Assembly: GCA_026025795.1 (NCBI GenBank)
Contig: JAPEUG010000089.1
Location: 1-51,096 of the forward strand
Origin: Thelocarpon superellum
Lineage: Eukaryota
Reading direction: 5' to 3'
Length of the DNA: 51,096 nucleotides
Shown: positions 11,099-22,385 of the stretch, in pieces
How the letters are laid out: the number at the start of each line of letters is the position of its first letter
Numbering within the stretch: the first letter of the stretch is position 1
The notes under the pieces: model-generated
Databases searched by the model: none
What the model saw: only the letters and a program-made list of their open reading frames with translations
What the model was told of the DNA's origin: nothing
Program-made: the position numbers and the translations under genes

Positions 11099-11364
11099 CG
11101 ACGGAGGGGAAAGATGGTCAAGCTGCAACATGGCGCGGTGGACTTGGATGAGAGATGGAGTAGAAATCACAAACAGTCATTAAGTAGTGCACTTCAATGA
11201 TCATCCGTAGTCGCCCGCCCACGCCGATGTAGTGCGATTTACCTGGGTATGACAATGACCTCAAGCCACGATGACGTACCAGAAAATGACAGGACTACAC
11301 CGAATCAAGCAGTATCAGAGGCAAGTCAAAGAGAAAGGGGGGTAGAGGAGCAGGGATGAATAGA

Positions 11365-13195
11365 TCAATCATATTCATCCCATCCACCATTCGCACCCGT
11401 CACGTTTTCCCGCTGAGTAGAGAGCCACTCTTCGTCCGGGAGGATCTTTTCTTTGAGTTTCTGCACCTTGGTCGGACCAAGACGGTGGATGTCGCATGCC
11501 TTGTTGCATCCCGGGTCTCCTCCTCCGTCACCCGTTCTCTCCCTTGTTTCCTCCCTTGGATGGTTGGTGGCTCCTCGACGTGAACCTGCCCTGGAGGTGA
11601 TCTCCTCTCCAAAGTAGCGACTTATCAGCGTGTGGCGGCATTCGCTGACGGATTCGCAATACGCGATTAATGCGTTGTAGCTCTCTACCCGCGAATGGGC
11701 CGTTGCTTGAGACGCTTGTACCGCACCGTGGCCGTGGCCGTGGCCGTGGCCGTGGGTGAAGGAAGTGGAGGTGGAATGGGAGTGCGAGTGGGAAGACGCG
11801 GCCCGTGCTAGCATCGTGTATCCCCTATCTCGATCTTCGCGACTGTAATACTATTCGCGGCACAGATCAGCTCTGTCGTAGTCGAGATTGGGATGTTGGA
11901 GGCGGAGGTGGAGGTGGAGGTGGAGGTGTGTTACCATAATACAAGCCGACGCCTTCTGATCCCTCCCCGCCCTACCCGCCTCCTGATAGAAACCCTCAAA
12001 GCTCTTAGGAAGCTGCCAGTGGACGACGAAGCGCACATTCTCCTTGTCGATGCCCATTCCGAACGCGGTCGTGGCGACAACGATATCGTACCCCACGTCG
12101 TCCGCGATCCAGCCACGCAGATGGTCTTCTTTCTCCGCCGCCGTGAGGCCAGCATGGTACGGCTTTGCCCCGATACCGTGCGAGCAGAGACGCGCCGCGA
12201 GGCTCTCACAGTCCCGCCGGAACAGAGTGTAGATGATGCCGCTGACGGCGTCGAGGCGCTCGCCCCTGGCGTCGAGCTCGGCACGACGGGTTGGGTCTTC
12301 GCGCCGGCGTCGGCGCACGCTTTGCAGCCAGAGGAGAAAGTCGTCGAAATGGTCGACCTCGTCGTTCTTGAAGCGCACTTCGTAGTGCAGATTTGGCCGC
12401 CGCGTCGTCATGCTGAAGATCTTAAGCGTCTTGCGGTCGAGTGAGAGCGTTTGGATGATGTCGTCTTGGACGCGTCGTGTCGCTGTCGCCGTAAGACATA
12501 TGATGGGCACGTCGGGGAATTGGTTCTTGAAGAACTTGAGGTCTTGGAACGATGGCCGGAAGTCGTGGCCCCATTCCGAGATACAGTGCGCTTCGTCGAT
12601 AGCGATGCGTGCTAGTTCGCGATGCTCGTGTACGATGCGCAGCCGTTGGCGGAATCGATCATATGAGCATTGTTCCGGCGTCACGTAGAGAAGTCGCGTC
12701 CGGGGATGTCCGCATTCGAGATCGCGGAGGATTCGTTGACGATCTGCCGTGCTGGTGTTGCTGTTGAGCGTCGACGCGTCGATGTTGGCGGCGCGTAGGG
12801 CGGCGATTTGGTTCGTCTGACATCCTTCTGAGTGTTCGTCTCATCCAGGTGGAGCAGAAGAACCCACCATCAATGCGAGCAATGGTGAGATGACGATTGT
12901 AACTGCCATGATAGAATGAGCAGGTAAAGTAGGCTCACGGGAAGGAACACGCACTCCCGTGATCGACGACGGCAGGAAGTTGAAAACAAAGACTCTTCCC
13001 GAAAGACGTGGCGGCTTGCAAGAACACATCATGGCCCTCCAAGGCGGCGAGAATCACTTCTTTTTGGACGGGTCTGTATCCATTTTGAGCTCTGCCCCAC
13101 CATCCGACTCTCTGCGAGACTAACCGGAAATCCGTCTTGCCGAACACCCGTCGCAACGTCCAGTGTATGTCGGATTTTCCTCTCACTTTCGCCAT
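11365..13195 (-). CDS. RecQ-family ATP-dependent DNA helicase (short form)
   Basis: AATSFGKSLCFQLP, IAIDEAHCISEWGHDFRP, CLTATAT, VATTAFGMGIDK, YQEAGRAGRD and zinc-binding CRH...CNKACDIH. Introns 13074-13124, 12903-12954, 12817-12867 and 11851-11934. Confidence 0.93.
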
Positions 13196-13974
13196 CTCCG
13201 TTGTCAACTGCGTTCGTGGGTGGAGATGTCTACGTCACCCACCTCATCAGAAGTTGCGAGTCACGCTCGACGAATCGTACGCATACTTTTGATAGGTGTG
13301 TTGACTCAGATAGAGAACGGGTCAACGCGTCCGATCTTACGAGGACTAGAAAGTTTTGACCCGGCCGTCCCCTGTCCCCAGTCCCCCGCAATGACGCAGG
13401 GGCCCTCCCGACGCCAGTGACAGTTATCCAGCGCTAGGGAGCCTTCTGACTGTCAACACCAGCTCCGTACAGATCCGACCACACTCCGAAGTACAGGGCT
13501 CCGCACGCCATGCCACGAGCGCGCACCTCGCATCGCGCGACTCGTAGCTCGTACACATACCAGATGACCAAGCACTGGTCATTGACTGAGAGATTGTTGC
13601 ATATACCTAGAGATTTCTAGGCTGCTGCGTTTTCGATGTGTCGGCTGATAGGCCTCAACTTATGATTGGCTGAAGTTCGATAAATCGTACGCATGCAAGT
13701 ACGGTACGTACCTGTCATCTGCTCAGCCTCGCGATGCGGGGTCAGCCTCCCCGATAAGACTGCGATCACATCCCTTCGATTCATATTCATCCAAAGGTCC
13801 CAAGCTCCATCGCACTCGGTAGGTACTACAGCGACCGCGAATAGAAGATATTTCCATATGCCTGCTAACGACGTACGAGGAGAAGAATCACGAAGAAGGA
13901 TGGTCGGCCAGGAGGCTCTTACGCCCCAAACCGTAGAGGGTGACGACTGTTCTCGTCCTGAGATTTGGGTGTCG

Positions 13975-14562
13975 ATGGACCTGCTCCACCCGAGCCGCCA
14001 TATCTGTGTCGAATGTGGAAGTTCCTCTCACGACCGACCCACCACCGTGCTCGTCAATACAAGCCACAACGCCCGTCGGCCCCGCATCTCGGTCCCGAAC
14101 TTTCCCCTCAGCCGGGCGCCGTCCTGCCGCGCATGTGGTATCGTGCCCACGGAACGATATAACGTCGGCGCCAGCAATCCCAACAACAACGCAGGTCGTC
14201 CCTACTACAAGTGCAAAGCATGTCCACGTTGGATAACGTGGGATGATGCACGTGGGGTGGCCTCGACCAACCCTCTCTGTGACTGCAACGTCGTCAGTCG
14301 GCAGGACGTGGCCGGAGAGCGAAGCTCGTCGCCGGGCTTGGGGTTTTGGACCTGTGCCACAGGGCGCTGCGGCTACTATGCCACGCGGCGGGATGGCCTC
14401 ACGCCGCTTGATCTGGCAATGGACCCCGGGGAGTTTACCCTCGAGGATGCCTCCCGTTTCCGCCCCTGGCTCTATTCAACGTCTCCGTCGTCAGACAAGC
14501 GGCAGATTGAGATGGCATACCCGGCTGCGGTCGAGTATGAGGAATTGGTCTGGTCATCGTGA
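13975..14562 (+). CDS. GRF-type zinc-finger protein (two tandem fingers); start uncertain (ORF open from 13693)
   Basis: CRAC...NPNNNAGRPYYKCKAC..WITWDD and LCDC...SR...GLGFWTCATGRCGYY motifs. Confidence 0.7.
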   Translation: MDLLHPSRHICVECGSSSHDRPTTVLVNTSHNARRPRISVPNFPLSRAPSCRACGIVPTERYNVGASNPNNNAGRPYYKCKACPRWITWDDARGVASTNPLCDCNVVSRQDVAGERSSSPGLGFWTCATGRCGYYATRRDGLTPLDLAMDPGEFTLEDASRFRPWLYSTSPSSDKRQIEMAYPAAVEYEELVWSS

Positions 14563-14590
14563 AGCACCAACTGGTTTCGGAGTCATGTAT

Positions 14591-16342
14591 TCATGGTCGG
14601 TACACAGAATTGAACTCCCCGTCTGGACGAAACGCCAACTGCAGTACGGCTTGAGCGGCCTGCACGTCTCCCTCCTTGGGCTGCCATCGTCGCTGCACGT
14701 CTTCCCACACCTCCAGCGTCCGCTCCCGGCCGGTGCAGACGGCGAAGGCGCGGATGGCCCAGGTGACCATCCATTTGCCCATGTAGAGGTCCGATAAGCG
14801 GTTGTCATACGCTTGGAGGTAGGCCGTCCATAGGCTCTCGAGCATCTCCGCCGTCCAGGGAGTGCCACGGACACCACCGTGCAGCGCAAATCCCTTCAAG
14901 ATGGCCAGGAAGATGGATCCGTGCAGCGGGACGCGGTAAAATTGCATCTCGAGCAGGATCTGGCCCACCCGCTCGAACTGACCCCCTTGAACGGCGTAAT
15001 GGCCGACGAGCAAACGAAAGGTCTGGAGGCTCGGGGCCAACGAGGAGATGGACTGGAGCCGGCGAAAGCCTTCGTGGTCCGTGCCCGCTAGCTTGAACGC
15101 CTGGAGCATGATCTTGCGCTGGCTCCGAGCCACGCGCCAGTTAGTCGGCGGTAATGGCGATGCTTCTCGCCGGGCGTGCAGATCCTTCATCCGTTCGTAC
15201 ACATGTTCCGCCGCCGGCGCTTCGCCCGCCTTGAGCAGCGACGCGATGACGCAGTTGATCACCACCGTGTCGACCACATCGCCGGCCGCAACCAGATCGC
15301 GGTATGCCGCCCGCACGCCATCACCATCAGCCTTCAGGCCGTAAAAATGAATCAGCCCCACGCGCGACATCCGATTCATCTCCAGCCCCCGCGCCTTCAT
15401 CTCTGCCAGGATCATCTCCGCCAACACGAACTTGCCCGCTTTGGCCGCAATATCGAAGAGAATGCTAAAGGTGGCGTGGTTGGCCCGAATACCGGCGCTC
15501 TGTTCCATCTCGCGAAAGAGCTGCAGCGCCGACTCGACCGAGGCTCCGGAGACCCGCGTCATGCACCGTCCGGCAAACGCCACCGCGCTCGTCCATTCCG
15601 CAACGTTCAGCGGGATCTCCGCCGCTCGCATGTCATCCACGAGGGCGAGATATCGGAGCATGGACTCCTCAGACTTGCGCTCGACGATAGAAAAGCGACG
15701 GAGGAGGACATGCACGCGGTTCGAGGAGAGTAGGGCCACCCCCGGTGTCGGCAGCGCCCGGTAGCGTTCAAAGATGTCTTCGAGAGGTGCGTCACGCTGC
15801 TTGAGCACTTCGACGAGCTGTTTGACCAATTCCTGTTCATGCTGGGTGAGGGTCGGCTTGGCGGGCGGCGTCTTGACGGGGGCTGGCTGAGATTCAGGAT
15901 CGATCAAAATGGGTACGGGCACCGGGGGTGTCGACGGCGGAGGGAGCGAGTCCAGCCCGGGAGTGTAGTCGTAATAGTCTAGAAGACCGACGTAATCCGC
16001 CCTGGACACGGACTCATCCGCGGAGAGGGCATGCTGACGGGGGGTAGGGCCAGTGCAAAAGGTTCGGCGTGGCCGTTGCGAGGCGGGAGCCTGCGAGGCC
16101 AATGGCCGACGACGCAATGGTGGAGGGGGAGAAAGCCGGGTACCGCCGGTCAATCGAGCATGCTTCCGGCAGCTTCCAGCGCGGTGGAGCAGGCCGAGAA
16201 AGAACCTGTGCAACCGGTCGTCCGTTACGGGCGACGACGGCGAGGTCCACAGACGGGATGAGAGCCGTGCGAGTGCATCCGCGGCGCTGGGAGAGATCTT
16301 CGGCTTGGGAGACCGCGGCAAGAGGAATCGCAAGCCGGACAT
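14591..16342 (-). CDS. Pentatricopeptide-repeat protein, probably mitochondrial
   Basis: Tandem ~35-aa helical repeats (EWTSAVAFAG...ALQLFREME; TFSILFDIAAKAG...ILAEMKARG; VINCVIASLLKAG...VYERM) and a basic N-terminus; intronless. Confidence 0.88.
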   Translation of the reverse strand: MSGLRFLLPRSPKPKISPSAADALARLSSRLWTSPSSPVTDDRLHRFFLGLLHRAGSCRKHARLTGGTRLSPPPPLRRRPLASQAPASQRPRRTFCTGPTPRQHALSADESVSRADYVGLLDYYDYTPGLDSLPPPSTPPVPVPILIDPESQPAPVKTPPAKPTLTQHEQELVKQLVEVLKQRDAPLEDIFERYRALPTPGVALLSSNRVHVLLRRFSIVERKSEESMLRYLALVDDMRAAEIPLNVAEWTSAVAFAGRCMTRVSGASVESALQLFREMEQSAGIRANHATFSILFDIAAKAGKFVLAEMILAEMKARGLEMNRMSRVGLIHFYGLKADGDGVRAAYRDLVAAGDVVDTVVINCVIASLLKAGEAPAAEHVYERMKDLHARREASPLPPTNWRVARSQRKIMLQAFKLAGTDHEGFRRLQSISSLAPSLQTFRLLVGHYAVQGGQFERVGQILLEMQFYRVPLHGSIFLAILKGFALHGGVRGTPWTAEMLESLWTAYLQAYDNRLSDLYMGKWMVTWAIRAFAVCTGRERTLEVWEDVQRRWQPKEGDVQAAQAVLQLAFRPDGEFNSVYRP

Positions 16343-16599
16343 GGGACGATTGACATGATGCAACGACGACCGTGGCGTGCTCCAGGATTGGTGAGGATGA
16401 TTGATGGAACATTATCGTTGGGGGAGCTCCTGAACAAACGTGGAGGTGTGGGCGTCGCCGATGCCCGAGCTCAACGGCGGAAGTTGCCGCCTCGTCTGTT
16501 CCGTGCACTGCGAACTCTTCCTGAACTCTACTCGTCCGCGTTCACCATCGACTGCCCACTGCATTGTGCAGTGATAGCCTTCCACGCTGGGGTGGAGGT

Positions 16600-17430
16600 A
16601 TGGGACGCATCAGCCTCAACGCTCTCCGGGTCCGGCAGACGGCGCAACAGCTGCTCGAGACCCCTCGGCTCACTACGCCGCCACCATGGTTCGAGGTGAT
16701 GGGGTCAATCCCGCCCGCGCCAGCCTTAGTCCGAACGCAGATCGTGCAGCAGCACCATGCCCAGCCACGGAGGAACAAGACGAAGAAGGCCAGCAAGATG
16801 TTCAAACCGCAACGCATCCGTTATGAAGAGGACGCTTTGCGGCGGGAGTTCTTTGGCGACCACCCCTGGGAGCTCGCGCGACCGCGGCTGGTCCTGGAGA
16901 ACGATGGCAAGGACGGGCGCCGGTATGACTGGAGCCACATTCGCCAACCTGGGCGGGCTCTGGATGGCGAAAGGTGAGTCTTGTTGAGCGGGTCACGTCT
17001 CACGGTGCCGATCCTGACTCGCCGCAGTGTAGTACAGCGCCAGCGCTGGCTGCTTCAGAACATGCCCGACATGAATCCGAGCAAGGCCTATGACCAAGCC
17101 CGACAAGAATTCTACGCCATCCGGCACCATGAAGACGTCGAGCGACGGGTGGCCAAAGAGGAGGCTTTGGCCGTGGGTGCCTTTTTTGGCAAGAGCTACC
17201 TCGAGGTGGGCATGGAGCTGGAGGACGAAGTCTACGAAGAGTGGAAGGCCTGGGCCAAGAAGGAAACCGACGCGGTGGAGCGGGCACGAGGCGCCGCATA
17301 CACCGGGCTTGACAATGACCCAGCTACCATCGTGCCGGGGGCAACGGAGATGGAGCCGGTCGTGGACGAGCAGGCTGAGGCAATATCAGAACCAGAGGCC
17401 GCTCTCGAAGGCCCGGGGGTAAATCCCTGA
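16600..17430 (+). CDS. RSM25: Mitochondrial ribosomal small-subunit protein mS23
   Basis: MGR...PPPWF...[41 protein letters not shown] and [10 protein letters not shown]. Intron 16974-17027. Confidence 0.93.
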
Positions 17431-18391
17431 CGCACATCGGCACTTTGCATGGATTGTTCTGGGCCACTCACTGTACAAAGCTAGCGTATTCTCCAATGCA
17501 CCCAGTGACGATGTCATGAAAGGCGGTCCGCAACATCTGATGGCAGATCCCACGCGGGCTGGCATAGAGACGATCAGTCACACGTCCTCCAAATCTGAGC
17601 GAGCTCAATGCCATGTGTAGAGCACGCGGTTCGAGCACGCTATGCAGTGGTCGACCTGCTAGGGTCGGCTGCGCTGCGAGTGCGGTCACGTGTGATGTGA
17701 CCACAGGCGAGCGGCGGAGACAACCTGGTCTCCAGGGTGTGACGGATAGAAGGTCAGCGTCAGCACACGCAGGTACGGCGGCCTCGGCCAATAGACGCTC
17801 GCCCATTGATCTCGCTAAAGACCAGACCCCGTCGCTACCGTCTCGCACCCTGCGCCTCGAGATCTCGTTGGTGCAAGGCGCCCGTAGGACTCGGTCGCCG
17901 TACCAGGAGTCCGCCCTGGTGCCCAAAGCTCAACACGGCCAGAGATCGGCCCAATGCCACCAGGGACCCGTCACGATTTTCCAGGAGCACGGGCGTCGTG
18001 GCGACGGGCAGGTGATCCGCGCAAGAGGGCTCGCATAGCTAATGCCAACATCTGATCAGCGTCCATTAACGTAATCCGTAATCGATGCGGCGCTGCTCCC
18101 GCGGCTCGCTGCTCGTTGCTGACGGCCACGGCGACGGCCACGGCGACGGCCACGGGCGCCTGCACTGCACCATCGCTGCCGTCCAATCAGGCGCGCTTCA
18201 TCGATAGCCGGAATTCTTCAAACGCTGTTTCTCCCCTTCCGCCCCTTCTCCTGCCTCCACCTCTCCGCTCCATCCTTCCTCTCCTCCCCCACCCCCACCG
18301 TCGCGGGACTGCCGCCATCGATTCGACGTCGGACGATTGGCCACACCCGCCGTCGTCGTCGTCGTCATCGTTGCCGTCCGTCGTGCGCGAC

Positions 18392-20602
18392 ATGGATCGT
18401 CCGCCGCCCACACGCCCGATGCGGCGCGCTGGCAGCGGCCGCTTTCCCGTCAAGGTCAGCACCGGCGCCGGCGACTTTCCGCCCGATCCCGCCTCGCCCG
18501 CTGGCGTCCAGTCCTCACGACCCAATCCACCCGCAAGCTCGCGATCCCATAGTCGCGTGCCGTCGCAGCAGCAGAATCATGTCATCGCCGCCGCCGCCGC
18601 CAGTCGGAGGCCCGCCGCCACGCCGCTCGTCATCGGCCTCGAGCGGTCGCGGAGCAACAGCGAGGGCATCTTGCAGGCCGCCCGGTCCAAGCGCATGGGC
18701 ATCGTCTCCCGCAAGACCTCTGAACTCGGCACCGTAGTCGAGGCCCGGCCCGCCCGCCTTAGCCATTATCGCGGCCTGAGCCATGGCTCGGTCATGGACG
18801 ACAAGTCCGCGAGCAACGGCACCCCCAGCAGCGCTGATGGCTCCTCGGGACCCGTCAGCCCGGCGGAGAACGATCACGTCCGTGGCACCTACGTGCGCCG
18901 TCTGTCGAGCCTGCCCGAACATAAGCGTGAATCCCGCTCGCCCAACCACGTTGTCGAGGGCGCCAAGGGGATCCTGTATGCGCTGCACCTCGTCCAACCG
19001 CACATCTCCACCCTCATCATCGTCGTGCGCGACGAGCGCTCCAAGCGGAGCAGTCTCGAGCGAGTTTTCTACAACGCCGCCACCCACGTCGACGAGCTCG
19101 ACCGGGAACTGCACCGATTTGAGAAGGCCGACGACGAGGACGACTCGTCCGCGACAGCCTCTGTTGACGGCATCCGCCGTGCCTGTCTGACCTGCGTCAT
19201 GGCCTACCAGGTCGTTGGCTCCCTGCTGCTGCGGAGCGTGCGCCGCATCGTCTCCCGCGGCGATCCGCGCTACGTCCGTTCCTTGCTGCTGTTGGTCTAC
19301 AACAGCCTGGTCGAGGTCCGCAATGCCTGTGTCAACGTGTCCATGCTCTCTCGCTCCCGGCGGCAGCCCCGTCGCATCGCGTCCAAGCACCGACCCCGCG
19401 AACGCTCGCTCACGCCGACACAAGAACGGGTGCAGCCGGGCCAGCGACTTCGAAGTGCCACCGTCATCAAGCATAGCGGCAGCAGCACCGCAACCGCGAC
19501 CGCGACCGCGACCGCGGCCGCGGCCGCGGCTGCCTCTACGTCGAAGGGACGGCGTGCGCAGATACAACCGCCGGCGCCGCTGAAGATCAACGGTAATGGT
19601 CACCCCAAGCCCCCGGCCATGTCGAATTCCCAGTCCAGCGGCACAAACGGCACGCCCGCCTCGGCCGAGGCCTTTGCCATTCCGAGTCTGATCTATGGCG
19701 ACTCATCCCGGCATGATCACGGGGTGCAGAGCCCCGAGGAAGCGGAAGAAGAGCGGCAGTTCGAGAAGATCTTCCTGACCCTCACCCGGGCGTACGAGAT
19801 CGTGCTCAAGGCGCTGCCGTCGGTCAAGCACCAGTTTGTGCGATGCATCGAGGTGTGCAAGAAGCAGGAGACGCAGAAGGAGTTGAAGTCCCTGTGGCAT
19901 TCGCTCGACCAGCGATGCTCCTTTGCCATGCAGATGGCCGAGACCGTGCGGACCCGCCTCTCGACCATCAAGCTCAAAGAGCCCGGAGTGCGCAACGAGA
20001 AGGAGTTCTGGGAGCTTTGTAACACCTTTGTGAAGGTACGCCACCTCCGAGTCCTCGCGCGTAAAACACCGCATGCTGACGAATCCCAGGCCTTTGTCGA
20101 GACGGCCCTTCTGGTGAAGGACGCGCGAAAGCTCGAGCTCATCCCCAACGACGTGCTGCAGATCTTGCGCCCCGTCCAACAGGCCGTCAAAGAGGTCGGC
20201 GTGTTGATCGATGCCTCGCCGTGGAAATATCTGGCCGCACCCCAACCTTCGTCGTCGGCACCACCCGCCATCACGCAAGCCATGATCCACACTGGCCTGC
20301 AGCAGGCCTTGTCCGGGCTCAGCGTCGTCGGCCAAACCGCGCCGAGCTCGACCGCGCCGGCACTCGGGCCGTACGTCACGCCGCTCCCGGCCACCCCCCT
20401 CAGCGCGGCGCTCGGACCCGCGGCCCAAGCCACGGTCCCATTCATCGTGCCGTCGCAGCGGCTCAATGTCTTTGACCGCGCGGATATGCTACTCTCCGCG
20501 CCTTCGCGGACCTTGAACGGCGGCGTGACGGACCTCCATGGGCAGTCGCCCAACATCCTCAGTCCGTTGGGCTCGCGGAGTCACTCTCGACACCCGAAAT
20601 GA
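18392..20602 (+). CDS. RAM-network SOG2-domain protein (no N-terminal LRRs seen)
   Basis: SGRFPVK, ERSRSNSE, RRLSSLPEHKR, SSLERVFYNA..HVDELD, GDPRYVRSLLL, FEKIFL and TPLPATPLSAALGPAAQATVP. In-frame intron 20036-20089. Confidence 0.85.
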   Translation: MDRPPPTRPMRRAGSGRFPVKVSTGAGDFPPDPASPAGVQSSRPNPPASSRSHSRVPSQQQNHVIAAAAASRRPAATPLVIGLERSRSNSEGILQAARSKRMGIVSRKTSELGTVVEARPARLSHYRGLSHGSVMDDKSASNGTPSSADGSSGPVSPAENDHVRGTYVRRLSSLPEHKRESRSPNHVVEGAKGILYALHLVQPHISTLIIVVRDERSKRSSLERVFYNAATHVDELDRELHRFEKADDEDDSSATASVDGIRRACLTCVMAYQVVGSLLLRSVRRIVSRGDPRYVRSLLLLVYNSLVEVRNACVNVSMLSRSRRQPRRIASKHRPRERSLTPTQERVQPGQRLRSATVIKHSGSSTATATATATAAAAAAASTSKGRRAQIQPPAPLKINGNGHPKPPAMSNSQSSGTNGTPASAEAFAIPSLIYGDSSRHDHGVQSPEEAEEERQFEKIFLTLTRAYEIVLKALPSVKHQFVRCIEVCKKQETQKELKSLWHSLDQRCSFAMQMAETVRTRLSTIKLKEPGVRNEKEFWELCNTFVKVRHLRVLARKTPHADESQAFVETALLVKDARKLELIPNDVLQILRPVQQAVKEVGVLIDASPWKYLAAPQPSSSAPPAITQAMIHTGLQQALSGLSVVGQTAPSSTAPALGPYVTPLPATPLSAALGPAAQATVPFIVPSQRLNVFDRADMLLSAPSRTLNGGVTDLHGQSPNILSPLGSRSHSRHPK

Positions 20603-21365
20603 CGGCCTCATCTCGTGTGTCTCCCTGTCGATTTACTTCTGCTTTTCGCATCGCATAGCGTCCGGTTTCGGGTTGGGTTCGGATCAAGCGCAGAGCATCA
20701 GTTGGCGTGGGTAGAAAAGCAACGGCGACAGCGACGGCGACGGTGAAGGCCTCGGAGCGTGATGCTCTCTCCGAAATTTCCTTGCACCAGCTTGCCCTCA
20801 TCTCTGCCCATGTCGCAGTGGCATGTCACATGATAATGTCTTTCATGTTGGGCCTTGACTAGTCCAGCGCTTCTCCAATGGCACTTGACCGGCTCGCGCA
20901 ATAGTTCGCGTGAGGAACGCTGGTCGTCCCACCATGTACTGTATATACCCTAAGTTCACAATCAAAACGAACGTCAGAAAGATATCTTACCTGTGCCGGA
21001 TTCGAACCGTCGCCGTCCTCTATTTGCAGTTGGGAAGAGGCCAAAAACTGTTGCTGAAGTGGGGCAACGTTTCGGTGTTGCAGGACAGAGACCGGAGTAA
21101 CAACTTAACTCAGACGCTAATCAAACACTGTCACCTCAGCCACCCATCCACTCCATACAAAAGTGTTCTTGATCCATCTATCTACTCATATCAAGCAGTC
21201 CAACTGTATGGTGAGGGCGTACTAAGAAACTAAGCAGCCATCCTGGGCATAACCCTGTGCATCGCCCCGAACGTGTTGAATCTTTCGCCTCCGCTCGTCG
21301 CATCGCGCTTCTTGGATCTGGTACGAGTCGTGAAACCTCTGGGTGTTTGCTCCTACCTGAAACCG

Positions 21366-21971
21366 TCATGTCCCCCACTCGATGTGTCCCAAGGCGTGTA
21401 TCCCGTCCTCTTCGGTTTCTCTCCGTCGTGCATCATCTACATCGGCGTCTTGGAAGGTTAGGCGATCCCCGTACGAGATGCCTGTGACCAGCTCAGTCAG
21501 AGTTCCGGTGCTGTGCCTGCCTCACTTACACAGCTCCTCTCCGGGATGAATCTCTCGCAAGGTCATATAGCGCATCAACTGGTGATCTACGTCACGTTCC
21601 CATCCCACGTTCTGATGCAAGGTGGAGTGATTAAACATCGATCCCAATCCCAAGATCAACGCCTGGGTCGTTCCGCGTCTGCCAGTCTGCTCATCTCGGT
21701 ATGGCCAATTACTGTAAGAAAGGTGCATATTAGACGAGGATGGTCCGGATAGTCCGGGGTGGATCATGGCGACCAACTAGCTGTAATGATAGAGGGAGGT
21801 GTGTTTGATGTGGCGTTCGTTCTCGCCTGGATCCAGGACCAATACTGGGCATACGTCGAGAATGGTACCGGACCGGATATGACGCGTGGCAAACACTCCT
21901 CGACCTTTGGGAGTATCCATGATCAGGCCGAGGTCGGGCGACCGTTGTAGGGGAATTGTGGCAGCTTTCAT
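21366..21971 (-). CDS. Small SET-domain protein methyltransferase (fission-yeast Set7-like)
   Basis: KGRGVFAT, LGLGSMFNHS, REIHPGEELCISYG. Introns 21712-21777 and 21482-21529. Confidence 0.9.
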
Positions 21972-22043
21972 CTAACGTCCTACCCTCTTGGTCGTTTCAA
22001 TGGCGTGTTCACTCTGCGAGTCGGAGGCAACCGAGTCTCGGCC

Positions 22044-22198
22044 TGTTGCGCAGTGGGAATACAGTGTAGATAGTATTATTAAGGCTAGCTGTTAGAACTC
22101 TGCCTGGGCCTTCCCATACCAATTTTATGGGAACCGACAAAGCGGCATTTCCCATTCCGCCTTCCATGACCAACTGCTGGTTATGTCATCTTCCAACA
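22044..22198 (-). mobile_element. Solo LTR (copy 3, inverted relative to copies 1 and 2) with perfect 5-bp TSD
   Basis: TGTTG...CAACA ends, flanked on both sides by CGGCC (22039-22043, 22199-22203). The reverse complement aligns end to end with 3365-3526. Confidence 0.9.
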
Positions 22199-22385
22199 CG
22201 GCCGGACCACCGAGCAAGTCACCTGACCAGGCGACAACGCTTCGCCTTCGCGATACGGGGCGCGTCACCCAGGTCCCACTAGTCCCACGGCGTGACGACG
22301 ACCGGCCAGGATCCAAGACCCGCGCTTTCCCATGCGATCCATTGATAGATGAGCACGATCTTGGACGAGTCGATCGCCTTTCACC

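Noticed and set aside
18116..18391. 92-aa N-terminal extension of the SOG2 ORF from a TTG start
   Set aside because: Non-ATG start and microsatellite-derived low complexity; more likely 5' UTR.
18515..20556. Long antisense ORFs over SOG2 (and similar ones over ACO2, ctsD and MES1)
   Set aside because: Shadow frames expected from high GC3 codon bias; no independent motifs.
22183..22385. N-terminal extension of the RAD52 ORF in the ORF track
   Set aside because: It starts inside the solo LTR. The ATGCCTGC micro-exon at 22386 plus intron gives the typical MPAPG start.
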